Notes: a model not told the origin generated them from the letters alone. A DNA stretch of 59,571 nt from Saprospiraceae bacterium (GCA_016787545.1 JAEUUS010000144.1:1-59571); one strand, 5' to 3'; positions 50,807 through 59,050 are shown, counted from the stretch's first letter. Translations and numbers: made by a program.

Positions 50807-51328
50807 ATGACTGAGCAACAAGCGCAATCCCCCATTGACGATCTCTTTCGCAATGCATTTGAAAACCTTCCGGATACCCCTGCGGAATCGGGATGGGATA
50901 CCCCATCAAATCAGGTTTGGCAACAGGTGGAATCCAATATCCGGGCGCCTCAAAAGACCTGGAGTTTAAAATCCATGTTGGTTGCCGCTGGCGGTTTTGC
51001 CGTCGCACTCATAGCTATTGCATTATTCTGGACCAACTCTGGTTCAAAAGAGCCACAAACGGTTCCTGGTACGACCACGCAGCCAAATATCGAACAGCCG
51101 GTTGTTTCTCCGGCCACTTCTACAAATCAGGCAGCCGGAGCAGCGGAAACCGCACCAAAGGAATCTACCGGTGCAAAAGTCAAATCCAACACTGAACAAC
51201 CATCCAAACAAATAACAACACCTACTCCCGCGGGCAATTCATCCAATAATGCTGCGCAGCCGCTCCCGGGTAGTAAAACATCGCTGCCTCCCAATACTAC
51301 AGAGGCCAATAAACACAAGCAGCAATAA
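50807..51328 (+). CDS. Probable anti-sigma factor (single-pass membrane protein)
   Basis: 173 aa, 33 nt downstream of the ECF sigma gene. Short cytoplasmic N-terminus, one TM helix (MLVAAGGFAVALIAIALFW) and a low-complexity Pro/Thr/Ser/Asn-rich exterior tail. Confidence 0.6.
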   Translation: MTEQQAQSPIDDLFRNAFENLPDTPAESGWDTPSNQVWQQVESNIRAPQKTWSLKSMLVAAGGFAVALIAIALFWTNSGSKEPQTVPGTTTQPNIEQPVVSPATSTNQAAGAAETAPKESTGAKVKSNTEQPSKQITTPTPAGNSSNNAAQPLPGSKTSLPPNTTEANKHKQQ

Positions 51329-51361
51329 GGCCCAAAAGAAACAGTTTAGCAGTAAAAATGA

Positions 51362-51398
51362 AGCCCGGCGGATAGCGATCCGCCGGGCTCGTTTTTTT
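51362..51398 (+). terminator. Rho-independent terminator
   Basis: agcccggcgga-tagcga-tccgccgggct forms an 11-bp stem, followed by cgTTTTTTT. It lies 34 nt after the stop at 51328. Confidence 0.75.
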
Positions 51399-51399
51399 A

Positions 51400-51588
51400 A
51401 TATCCAATATCCAATTTTCAATGTCCAATGTCCAAGTGGTTCGGGTGCTTGACCTCAGCACATTTGTATGGTTGTTTTCGCCTGAATGGCGAAAGGAAAC
51501 CATGAAGCCTCGCCATTCAGGCGAGTAATGCCCAGCAGTTGTGCTGCCCCCAAGCACCCGCACCACTTGGATATTGGATATTGGATAT
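51400..51588. repeat. Structured palindromic element, family A, copy 1 (core 51432-51582)
   Basis: The outer arms are 7-nt units: (tatccaa/tgtccaa) x 5 on the left and (ttggata) x 3 on the right. The inner stem ccaagtggttcgggtgcttg pairs with caagcacccgcaccacttgg. The internal hairpin cgcctgaatggcga pairs with tcgccattcaggcg. Confidence 0.9.
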
Positions 51589-51615
51589 GCCTGCATTTGT
51601 TTGACGAATATAGAA

Positions 51616-51798
51616 AAGGTACACATTTTTCAGCAAGGTACTTTGCCCCGTCCTTTAGGGCGGGGAATAGAGTTGAAGAATAATTGGAGGGGCTTTAGCC
51701 CTTTCATTTCATGGGGCTAAAGCCCCTCCAACCTATTGTGATCCTCAATCCCCGCCCTAAAGGACGGGGCAAAGTACCTTGCTGAAAAATGTGTACCC
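51616..51798. repeat. About 183-bp near-perfect palindrome, family B
   Basis: aaggtacacatttttcagcaaggtactttgccccgtcctttagggcgggga pairs with tccccgccctaaaggacggggcaaagtaccttgctgaaaaatgtgtacc. The central hairpin is ttggaggggctttagccc / gggctaaagcccctccaa. Confidence 0.9.
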
Positions 51799-51828
51799 TT
51801 TCCAGTGACGAATCATACATTTACATAA

Positions 51829-52275
51829 TTACTTTCCAGTTATATACTTTCTCAAAAATGTGGAAAGTACTGGCTCCTGGTGCAAACTACTATCAAAATA
51901 CTCCTTATGCTGGAAAAAAGAAGATGGATCATCAAATGAGAAGGTACCTGATTTTACAGCACGAATTTCACCCTGTGGATTGTATTCCAACGTATTTATA
52001 ATATCTGTTTCTCCTTCAAGCAGACAGGTATCCGGAACAAGAACGCAGATGAAACCATACTTGTCCATTTGTTTTACCCTGATATCAGTGCTCAAAAACG
52101 ATCTTTTACCATTACATGTATCCTTAAGTTGAAGGCCCCGGTTTATAAAATAAAAATCCAAATACACCTGAACAGTGTCAAGGCCATGAGTTTCCTCCTT
52201 ATGGGTGGGTAATTTTCCAGAAGTACCACTGCAAGCAGTCAACGATAACAGGAAAACTAAATTTAAGTAATTCAT
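51829..52275 (-). CDS. Small hypothetical lipoprotein
   Basis: Start at MNYLNLVFLLSLTACSG (lipobox LTAC). 148 aa, AT-rich, no motif recognised. Confidence 0.65.
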   Translation of the reverse strand: MNYLNLVFLLSLTACSGTSGKLPTHKEETHGLDTVQVYLDFYFINRGLQLKDTCNGKRSFLSTDIRVKQMDKYGFICVLVPDTCLLEGETDIINTLEYNPQGEIRAVKSGTFSFDDPSSFFQHKEYFDSSLHQEPVLSTFLRKYITGK

Positions 52276-52280
52276 AGTAA

Positions 52281-52463
52281 AAAGGTCCAATATCAATCCT
52301 GAGTACTCGAGACCAAGTGGTGCAGGTGCTTGACCTCAGCACATTTGTATGGTTGTTTTCGCCTGAATGGCGAAAGGAAACCATGAAGCCTCGCCATTCA
52401 GGCGAGTAATGCCCAGCAGTTGTGCTGCCCCCAAGCACCCGCACCACTTGGATATTGGATATT
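52281..52463. repeat. Structured palindromic element, family A, copy 2 (core 52313-52463)
   Basis: The core aligns without gaps to 51432-51582 with 2 mismatches in 151 nt (my manual alignment), in the same orientation. Its 3' end overlaps the stop codon at 52462-52464. Confidence 0.9.
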
Positions 52464-53499
52464 ACCTCATGTTTTTTATCCAGTTCTTAATCAGTGCAAT
52501 GCCTTCGGCATGTGGCAATTGCCTGCCTAATTCCGGCATACGGATTCCCGGATCATCACTTTCCATCCTAAACAGCAGAATGCTTTCCTGGGGTTTTCCA
52601 GGCACAATACCATATTTGCGGCTACCACTACCCCGCCCTGCTGCAACCGGAGGTTTGCCGATGCCTATGCGCTCGGGTTCTGTCTGGTTGTATTCCAAAA
52701 ACATACCACTGGTGCTGGCCGGACCATGCGGGTTGTGGCAATGGGCACAGTTGCCATCCAGATACCCCCGGGCTGCAGCATTGAGTTCGGTTTCGGCCAG
52801 ACGATAATCGGCCAGCCTGGGAGCTTGTTCCGGGGCAAAGCCATCGGGCAATTGCAAGCGCCCCTCCCGCTGCCAACGTAACAACTGATTTTCTCCCTGT
52901 TCTATCCGGTTTAACTGACGGGCAGTAACCCCAATGGGTACAAATGCGCCATCGTAGGAATGGCATCCTTTGCATTGATTCAGGTTGGGGGCGATGTATG
53001 TGATCTCCCGCCCCCCACCCCTGGCGTCTACCCATTGATGCGAAAAACTGGCGCCGGCAACCTCCAGCACCGCTTCTGTCTGACTGTCGTTCCATAAGTA
53101 TTCAAGCGCTTTCCAGGCGCCATTTTCCTTGAGTAACAGTCTGGTTTCCAATATTTTTCGACCCATTTCCGGCTGCCTGACATCCTTCCAGTAGTAGAAA
53201 TTTTTGATAATAACCGCTCCATCCGGAAAATCGAACGGACCATCCGGATGGTAGCGGAGTCGGGCGCCTTCCGGCAGATAAATGAACCGGGCTTTTTCCG
53301 CATAATCGCTGAAAAGCGGCGCATTTACTTCATAGGGAAAAACCTCTCTGGCCGGCTTCAAATCGGCCAGAGGCCCCTGGAAAAATCCATAGGCCGAAAG
53401 CTGCATTTTAGGCGCTGGTTCAGGTCCGGTCAAAAAGCCCTGCACCAGCAAAAAACCGCCCAACAGAATAGCCAAACCAATTTTATAACTTGCAATCAT
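52462..53499 (-). CDS. Diheme c-type cytochrome family protein (HNE_0200/SO_2930-like, TIGR03806-like)
   Basis: Start at MIASYKIGLAILLGGFLLVQG (53499). Two CxxCH motifs (CKGCH, CAHCH). It overlaps the upstream gene by 17 nt. Confidence 0.85.
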   Translation of the reverse strand: MIASYKIGLAILLGGFLLVQGFLTGPEPAPKMQLSAYGFFQGPLADLKPAREVFPYEVNAPLFSDYAEKARFIYLPEGARLRYHPDGPFDFPDGAVIIKNFYYWKDVRQPEMGRKILETRLLLKENGAWKALEYLWNDSQTEAVLEVAGASFSHQWVDARGGGREITYIAPNLNQCKGCHSYDGAFVPIGVTARQLNRIEQGENQLLRWQREGRLQLPDGFAPEQAPRLADYRLAETELNAAARGYLDGNCAHCHNPHGPASTSGMFLEYNQTEPERIGIGKPPVAAGRGSGSRKYGIVPGKPQESILLFRMESDDPGIRMPELGRQLPHAEGIALIKNWIKNMR

Positions 53500-54664
53500 A
53501 AGGTTTCCGGTCTTTACTGATTTTTCCTTTGAATAAGCCCAGCTTGTCGGCGCGGATATTGGCGAAAGTGCCGTTTTCATTGTTTTGAATGCAGATTTCA
53601 TATCCCTGTTTCAACTCGCCATCCGTATCCACCCAGGCCGGGTTTTGAATACCGTCGTACAGGATATGAGGTACCCTTTTGCCAAATTTCCACCAAAAGA
53701 TGAATCCCAGTTTGCTCTTCCAGGTAGGCATTCTTTTGCCCATAGAGTACAGGTTATCGTGGATGTAAATCTGGGATGGATAAGGGTTGTAATCCTTGTC
53801 TTTAATGGGCGTTTCTGCAATGAAGTAGCTTACAATAGCCGTGGATGCTGTTTTATTTTCCCAGATTTTGTTGTTGTACACCTCCACATCATTGGTGGCC
53901 AGGATCATAACGCCGGTGCCGGGTGGCACCTTACCCACAATGTTTCCGGGAGGGGCAAAATTGCGGAAGTTGTTTCGGGTCACCAGGTTGTCGTAAACCT
54001 TGACATGCCCGCCACGTTTTTTGGGCAGGTCTGGCAAATCAAACACCAGAATACCTCCGGTATTATCAAAAGCCTTGTTTTTCCAAACCCAGGCATTAGT
54101 GGTATTTTCAATTTCGATGCCTGCCACGTTCCATTTGGCCACACAATCGGTTACCCAGACGGAATCCGATTGTCCTACATAAATGCCGGCATCTGAGGCG
54201 CCAATGGCGGTGCAGCGTTCAATACGCACCTGGCTGCATTGCACCGGGTAAAGTGCGTAGGAGCCGTTACTGGGCTTGGGTTTGCCGGTCCATTGAGCGG
54301 TTACATCGCGAAGCACCAATCCCTTTACCTGCTGGGTTTTGATAAGGTCGCCTTTGGCATCTTCAACAGTAAGTTGTTCAATTACAATGTTTTGTGCATT
54401 GGTGACCTTGATGCCTTCTGCGCCTTGCTTTTGATTAATGAAAGACAGGATGGTTTTGCCCTGGCCTGCACCGCGCAGTGTGATGTTCTTTTTACCATCC
54501 AGCCACAGGGTGTTGGACAAGTAAAATTTACCTTCCGGAAACTGGACAGAAGAGCCGTCTTCGGCCATAATGAGCTGGGTTTGGAAGAGTTTTTCCAGCT
54601 CGGATTGGGCGATGAGCGCATTAGATAAACATATCAGATACACGCTCAAAATCAGTCGTTGCAT
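53483..54664 (-). CDS. Parallel beta-helix repeat protein (TIGR03805-like), partner of the downstream cytochrome
   Basis: Start at MQRLILSVYLICLSNALIAQ (54664). Repeated turns of the type ...IERCTAIGASDAGIYVGQSDSVWVTDC...NVAGIEIENTTNAWV.... Confidence 0.85.
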   Translation of the reverse strand: MQRLILSVYLICLSNALIAQSELEKLFQTQLIMAEDGSSVQFPEGKFYLSNTLWLDGKKNITLRGAGQGKTILSFINQKQGAEGIKVTNAQNIVIEQLTVEDAKGDLIKTQQVKGLVLRDVTAQWTGKPKPSNGSYALYPVQCSQVRIERCTAIGASDAGIYVGQSDSVWVTDCVAKWNVAGIEIENTTNAWVWKNKAFDNTGGILVFDLPDLPKKRGGHVKVYDNLVTRNNFRNFAPPGNIVGKVPPGTGVMILATNDVEVYNNKIWENKTASTAIVSYFIAETPIKDKDYNPYPSQIYIHDNLYSMGKRMPTWKSKLGFIFWWKFGKRVPHILYDGIQNPAWVDTDGELKQGYEICIQNNENGTFANIRADKLGLFKGKISKDRKPYDCKL

Positions 54665-54732
54665 ATTTAGTTTACTTTTGGCCAAAAATAGGGTAAGCAT
54701 AATAAATCAGGAATCAAATTAACTACCTACAG

Positions 54733-56199
54733 ATGGCTACCTCCAAAGTACTGGAAATCGCAGGGAAGTTTACCCCGGAAGAAAAATCTTCTTTCAGGCT
54801 TTTTATAAAAAGTCCATTCTTCGTTCCGGAAACAAATGCTACACTTTTAACGCAGTATTTTGACTTCCTGATGGAAACCACCGGAAAATCGGGGCAGACC
54901 AATCAAACCCTGGAAAAGGCCAAATTACATGCATACCTGTTTCCGGACAAACCATTTTCTGCTTCGCGTTTGGAGAAAATCACCATAAAACTAAGGGAAA
55001 CATTAGAGCATTTTTTGGCAACCCGATATTATCACAGGGAGGAAAATAGCTTACAGCGAGGCCTGGATTTTATTAGCATGTTAAGATCTAAACGTTTGGA
55101 TGGGTTATATGAGCGCCAGATGCAAAAACTCAAATCAGAAATACAAATCCAATCACTCGAATCAACAGAACGATACCATTTTCAATATCTGGTTTACAGA
55201 GAAGAACATGAATGGAAAAGCATGGTTAATACCTGGCAAAACGACTTGTCTATACCCGATACCATTCAACAGCTTGATTTATTTTATTTCACAGAGCGCG
55301 TTGAACTCCTGAATAGGTTGCTGTTGCAGGGAGAGGTTATGCATGAAACTAAAATTAATGTTTCTGCACTGGGCCTTGATCTCCCTACCTATTTTGATGT
55401 TTATGAGGCACAAAGTCCATTACTTGCCATTCGCAGAAAGATCCAGGTCTTGTTTTTACACAACAATCCAACCAAACAGGATTTTGAGTATTTTTTGCAG
55501 TTTTTAAAAGCCCAGGAACAGTTTTTAACCAATGAAACCATTCGTGAACTCCACACATACCTGCGAAATATTTGCACCCTACGAGCCAATCATACAGCAA
55601 ACGAGGATGAGAAACTTAATCTTTATGAGGTATTACACCAAATCCATAAGGAAAACCTGGAGAAAGGATATTTATATCATAATGGCTTTATACAACCATA
55701 CGCAGTGCTGAATATTATAAAAATTGCACTTAAAATAAATAAAAAAGAATGGACGAAAGCCTTTATTGATAAGCATAAGGACCTTATCCAAACAGCAGAT
55801 TCCGCCATTGATCACTATCATTATTGTCTGGCTATGTATTTTTTTGCCGATAAACAATACGAAACTTCCTTGGCTTATTTGCCATTTCATACTACTGCTC
55901 CTTTTCTTATGCTGATAACACGAAGATTGGAGTTGATGAATCTGTATGAACTACAATCAGACCTGCTTTTATATAAAATTGACGCTTTCAGAAAGTATCT
56001 GGAACGAACGGTGACTAAATCCATGTCAAATTCAGAGCGGGAGTCCAACCTGAAATTTACCAAATTATTACGACAACTGGTGCTTTCAAAGCCGGATGAT
56101 AAGCACCGATCGATCCAACTTGAAAATCGAATCAAGACCCAGAATAGGATCGTTGATAGTTTATGGCTTCTGGAAAAAGTGCGAAACATGAAAAAGTAG
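54733..56199 (+). CDS. Hypothetical all-helical (TPR-like?) protein
   Basis: 488 aa with no signal peptide. Rich in Leu/Glu/Lys/Tyr with helical periodicity. AT-rich codon usage; no motif recognised. Confidence 0.7.
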   Translation: MATSKVLEIAGKFTPEEKSSFRLFIKSPFFVPETNATLLTQYFDFLMETTGKSGQTNQTLEKAKLHAYLFPDKPFSASRLEKITIKLRETLEHFLATRYYHREENSLQRGLDFISMLRSKRLDGLYERQMQKLKSEIQIQSLESTERYHFQYLVYREEHEWKSMVNTWQNDLSIPDTIQQLDLFYFTERVELLNRLLLQGEVMHETKINVSALGLDLPTYFDVYEAQSPLLAIRRKIQVLFLHNNPTKQDFEYFLQFLKAQEQFLTNETIRELHTYLRNICTLRANHTANEDEKLNLYEVLHQIHKENLEKGYLYHNGFIQPYAVLNIIKIALKINKKEWTKAFIDKHKDLIQTADSAIDHYHYCLAMYFFADKQYETSLAYLPFHTTAPFLMLITRRLELMNLYELQSDLLLYKIDAFRKYLERTVTKSMSNSERESNLKFTKLLRQLVLSKPDDKHRSIQLENRIKTQNRIVDSLWLLEKVRNMKK

Positions 56200-56433
56200 T
56201 TCGTCTACTGATTTGTTTTAGTTAAAAACCAGGCACCTCCTTGTCCATTATCCGGAGGAATATAGCCTATTTTGTCCCACGATTCAGGTAGTTATTCTGT
56301 TCAAAAACACCTGTTTTTAGACTTCCTTGACTATCTCATCAAGGTTTGTTCCGGTGGGATGCCGCAAAAATTGTCCTTTTATCGAATCTGCAATGTGATA
56401 CACATTTGCTAATCATTTCAAAAATTAGCACCT

Positions 56434-58158
56434 ATGAAAATCACAACTTTCATTTTCGGTTTTTTTCTGGTTTCATCGAATCTAATTGCGCAGCCTACGA
56501 TGGAATGGCAACATCTTTTAGGAGGAGTTAACATCGACGGTGCCTATGAGGTTAAACCAACATCAGATGGTGGGTATATAGTTACGGGCAGTAGCCTGGG
56601 ATTGGAGTTGCCGGGGAGCCACGGCGACTATGATTGGGTGGTAACTAAATTAGCAGAAAACGGTACCATTCAAAAACAACGGTTGATCGGAGGATCAGAC
56701 GATGAACAGCGCCCCAGAATTAAGACAAAAACTGGAGGTGGGTATTTTATGCTAGGTTCAACCTATTCCTCAGATGGCGATGTAGCAGGATTTCATGGGT
56801 CTGCGGATGGATGGGCTGTTAGTTTGGACGACACCCTTGGTATAGACTGGCAACGTTGCATTGGAGGTTCGAATTTTGATAATATAAATAATTTCATACA
56901 GACAACCGATGGAAGTTATGTGATTTCGGGAGGGGCTCAATCAACTGATGGTGATATTTTGGTAAACTATGGCAACAGCGATTTCTTTATCATAAAATTA
57001 AAATCAAACGGGGATACCCAATGGATAAGAACTTTTGGTGGATCCGATTTTGATCGAGCCAATTATACCATCCAAACTTCAGACGGCGGTTATATTCTGG
57101 CGGGAGTTTCCAAATCAACCGATGGCCAGGTTGGTGAAAACCATGGTGAAGACGATATATGGATTTTAAAATTATCGAGTTTTGGCATCATTCAATGGAA
57201 AAAAGTGCTTGGCGGAAGTCAGAATGAGTCGGTTAATCAAGTAATTCAAGTGAGCGACGGAGGATTCGTAATTTCGGGTATTACCAGATCAAATGATCAG
57301 GATGTTTCCGGGCACCATGGGTTAAAAGACATCTGGATAATAAAACTTTCTTCAGATGGTCAACTAGAATGGGAAAAAGCAATTGGAGGAACCCAACAAG
57401 ACAGCCCAAACTCTTTGGTTCAAACTGAGGACGGCGGATTACTTCTCACAGGGCACACCACGTCAAATGATGGAGATGTAACAGGAAATCATGGATACCA
57501 GGATTTTTGGATAGTAAAATTAGATATTCAAGGAACTATTTTATGGGGAAAAACAATTGGTGGGAGTTCGGAAGACTTTTTAGATGTCTACAAGCCAACC
57601 CCCGATGGGGGCCTGGTATTAGGAGGATTCTCATCCTCCGCCAATGGCGATATTACACAAAATAAAGGGGGATCAGATGGATGGCTCCTAAAATTGGATG
57701 AAAATTATGACATCCAATGGTCCATTACATTTGGAGGTAGTAATAAAGACGTCATTGAGGATATACTTGTAACAGATGATGGCGGTTATTTATTTGTTGG
57801 GTACACATGGTCAAATAATGGCGATGTTAGCGGATTACTACACGGCGAGGATGATATTTGGATTGTTAAACTGACGCCAGAGTCTGTTGGAACAAAATTC
57901 GGCTACTCATCTGTCTCACAAAAAGAGCTGTCCATTTATCCAAACCCGGCCATGCATCAGGTTCGGTTAACACTTTCGGTGGAGTCGCCTCTTCTTGATG
58001 TTCAGATCTATCCTATTTGGGGCGGCATTAGTGCAATGGCAACTATTTCAAATGGTGGAAGCCTTGATATTAGCCATTTACCTGCCGGTATATTTATTGC
58101 CAGAGTACAGGATGAGTCTGGAAGCGTGTACCTGCAAAAGTTTGAGGTTCAACGCTAA
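56434..58158 (+). CDS. T9SS-secreted protein with about 9 tandem 50-aa repeats (propeller-like)
   Basis: 574 aa with a signal peptide. The unit is DGGYxxxGxTxSxDGDVxGxHGxxDxWxxKLxxxGxxxWxKxxGGS. C-terminal SIYPNPAMHQVRLTL...LPAGIFIARV. Confidence 0.85.
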   Translation: MKITTFIFGFFLVSSNLIAQPTMEWQHLLGGVNIDGAYEVKPTSDGGYIVTGSSLGLELPGSHGDYDWVVTKLAENGTIQKQRLIGGSDDEQRPRIKTKTGGGYFMLGSTYSSDGDVAGFHGSADGWAVSLDDTLGIDWQRCIGGSNFDNINNFIQTTDGSYVISGGAQSTDGDILVNYGNSDFFIIKLKSNGDTQWIRTFGGSDFDRANYTIQTSDGGYILAGVSKSTDGQVGENHGEDDIWILKLSSFGIIQWKKVLGGSQNESVNQVIQVSDGGFVISGITRSNDQDVSGHHGLKDIWIIKLSSDGQLEWEKAIGGTQQDSPNSLVQTEDGGLLLTGHTTSNDGDVTGNHGYQDFWIVKLDIQGTILWGKTIGGSSEDFLDVYKPTPDGGLVLGGFSSSANGDITQNKGGSDGWLLKLDENYDIQWSITFGGSNKDVIEDILVTDDGGYLFVGYTWSNNGDVSGLLHGEDDIWIVKLTPESVGTKFGYSSVSQKELSIYPNPAMHQVRLTLSVESPLLDVQIYPIWGGISAMATISNGGSLDISHLPAGIFIARVQDESGSVYLQKFEVQR

Positions 58159-58203
58159 AGGCTTGTCTTTCAAGCCAATAACGTTATCTGTCTTTTTAGA
58201 CAT

Positions 58204-58235
58204 AAAAAAACTCCGAACGGTTTACCCGCCGGAGT
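58204..58235 (-). terminator. Rho-independent terminator of the cold-shock gene
   Basis: The minus strand reads ACTCCGGCGGGTAAACCGTTCGGAGT followed by TTTTTTT, 33 nt after the stop at 58268. Confidence 0.6.
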
Positions 58236-58267
58236 CTCTGAATCTTATGTCGAAATGGTACAATCGC

Positions 58268-58459
58268 TTACGCTAATTGTACATTGACTGCATTCAAACC
58301 TTTTTTGCCTTGTTTGGTCTCAAAGGTAACAGTGTCACCTTCGCGAATTTTGTCGACTAAGCCACTTACGTGAACGAAAACCTCCTCACCGGTGGCTGAA
58401 TTTACAACAAAACCGAATCCTTTGGTTTCGTTGAAGAACTTGACAGTTCCTGTTTGCAT
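58268..58459 (-). CDS. Cold-shock protein (CspA family)
   Basis: Start at MQTGTVKFFNETKGFGFV (RNP1 KGFGF, RNP2 VFVHV). 63 aa. Confidence 0.95.
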   Translation of the reverse strand: MQTGTVKFFNETKGFGFVVNSATGEEVFVHVSGLVDKIREGDTVTFETKQGKKGLNAVNVQLA

Positions 58460-58479
58460 ACTGAAAAAATTGAAAAAAT

Positions 58480-58510
58480 GAAAAGTAATCATCCCTAAGG
58501 ACAGGGCAAA
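58480..58510 (-). promoter_or_regulatory. Candidate Bacteroidota promoter for csp (-33 TTTG, 19-nt spacer, -7 TACTTTTC)
   Basis: The minus strand reads CCTTTGCCCTGTCCTTAGGGATGATTACTTTTC. The -7 box matches TAnnTTTG in 7 of 8 positions. Confidence 0.3.
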
Positions 58511-58595
58511 GGTAAGGGATATTATTGAAAATCAAGGGGTTTTAATTCAGGCTAATTCCAGACAGGCTTTTTTACTTTTGTGCAAACGCTTGTTT

Positions 58596-59036
58596 ATGCT
58601 GAAATCTGCCTTTTTCCCAATCATTTTTTTACTTTTTCAACATTGTAATACACCCATGGACGACACCCTTGCGATTCAACAACTTTTGGAGAAAGAATCA
58701 GCCAGTTGGCGCAGCGCCGATTTTCAAACGCATTCAGACTGCTGGCATATTCAGCCATACAGTCGCATTTTGGTATCCACCCCAACCGGTGAAACCTATG
58801 ATGTACCACCGGCGCTCATGAAGGATCCAAACGCTAAAATGGGCGATGGCGGAAGCTCAGAGAACAGCCAATATCAAATGTGTATCAAAGGAGATTTTGC
58901 CTGGGTCAACCACGATGAGGTGTCTGTTGCCAGGGATGGCCGAAAGACCTATTCACATGAAATCAGAATCCTGGAAAAAATTGACGGCGCCTGGAAATTA
59001 GTGGGCCAGTCGGTACATATGTATAAATCGGAATAA
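58596..59036 (+). CDS. NTF2-like (SnoaL/DUF4440-like) small secreted or lipoprotein
   Basis: Start at MLKSAFFPIIFLLFQHC. AIQQLLEKESASWRSADF... and the C-terminal ...EKIDGAWKLVGQSVHMY pattern are typical of NTF2-fold proteins. Confidence 0.65.
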   Translation: MLKSAFFPIIFLLFQHCNTPMDDTLAIQQLLEKESASWRSADFQTHSDCWHIQPYSRILVSTPTGETYDVPPALMKDPNAKMGDGGSSENSQYQMCIKGDFAWVNHDEVSVARDGRKTYSHEIRILEKIDGAWKLVGQSVHMYKSE

Positions 59037-59050
59037 CAAACCATTAGATT

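Noticed and set aside
51400-51588. 6S RNA or another housekeeping ncRNA (a long imperfect hairpin of about 190 nt)
   Set aside because: It is present in two near-identical copies with simple-repeat arms and lacks an obvious promoter. Housekeeping RNAs would be single-copy with a conserved central bubble. An Rfam scan would settle it.
51400-52463. Integron-like gene cassette with attC sites (a palindromic element after a small promoterless ORF)
   Set aside because: The elements lack the RYYYAAC...GTTRRRY R''/R' boxes. At about 150-190 bp with tandem-unit arms they are unlike attC sites. No intI is nearby and only one 'cassette' is present. The idea is kept only as something a formal attC HMM (for example IntegronFinder) could exclude.
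51486-52807. ORFs sharing identical peptides inside the family A repeats (MAKGNHEASPFRRVMPSSCAAPKHPHHLDIGY on plus; ...VRVLGGSTTAGHYSPEWRGFMVSFRHSGENNHTNVLRSST on minus)
   Set aside because: The identity is explained by the DNA repeat. The frames run into unrelated flanks in each copy, overlap real genes (the cytochrome) and have no start context. They are not coding.
54733-58158. Low-GC block as a horizontally acquired island
   Set aside because: Hand counts of 60-nt samples give 24/60 G+C at 55001-55060 and 26/60 at 57001-57060, against 33/60 in metH (3001-3060). The Kir (23/60 at 6421-6480) and cry (24/60 at 7741-7800) genes are just as low. There are no mobility genes, and the tRNA-Arg lies about 7 kb away (47664-47736), so it does not border the block. 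Composition alone is not evidence here; a proper windowed GC and codon-usage analysis would be needed.
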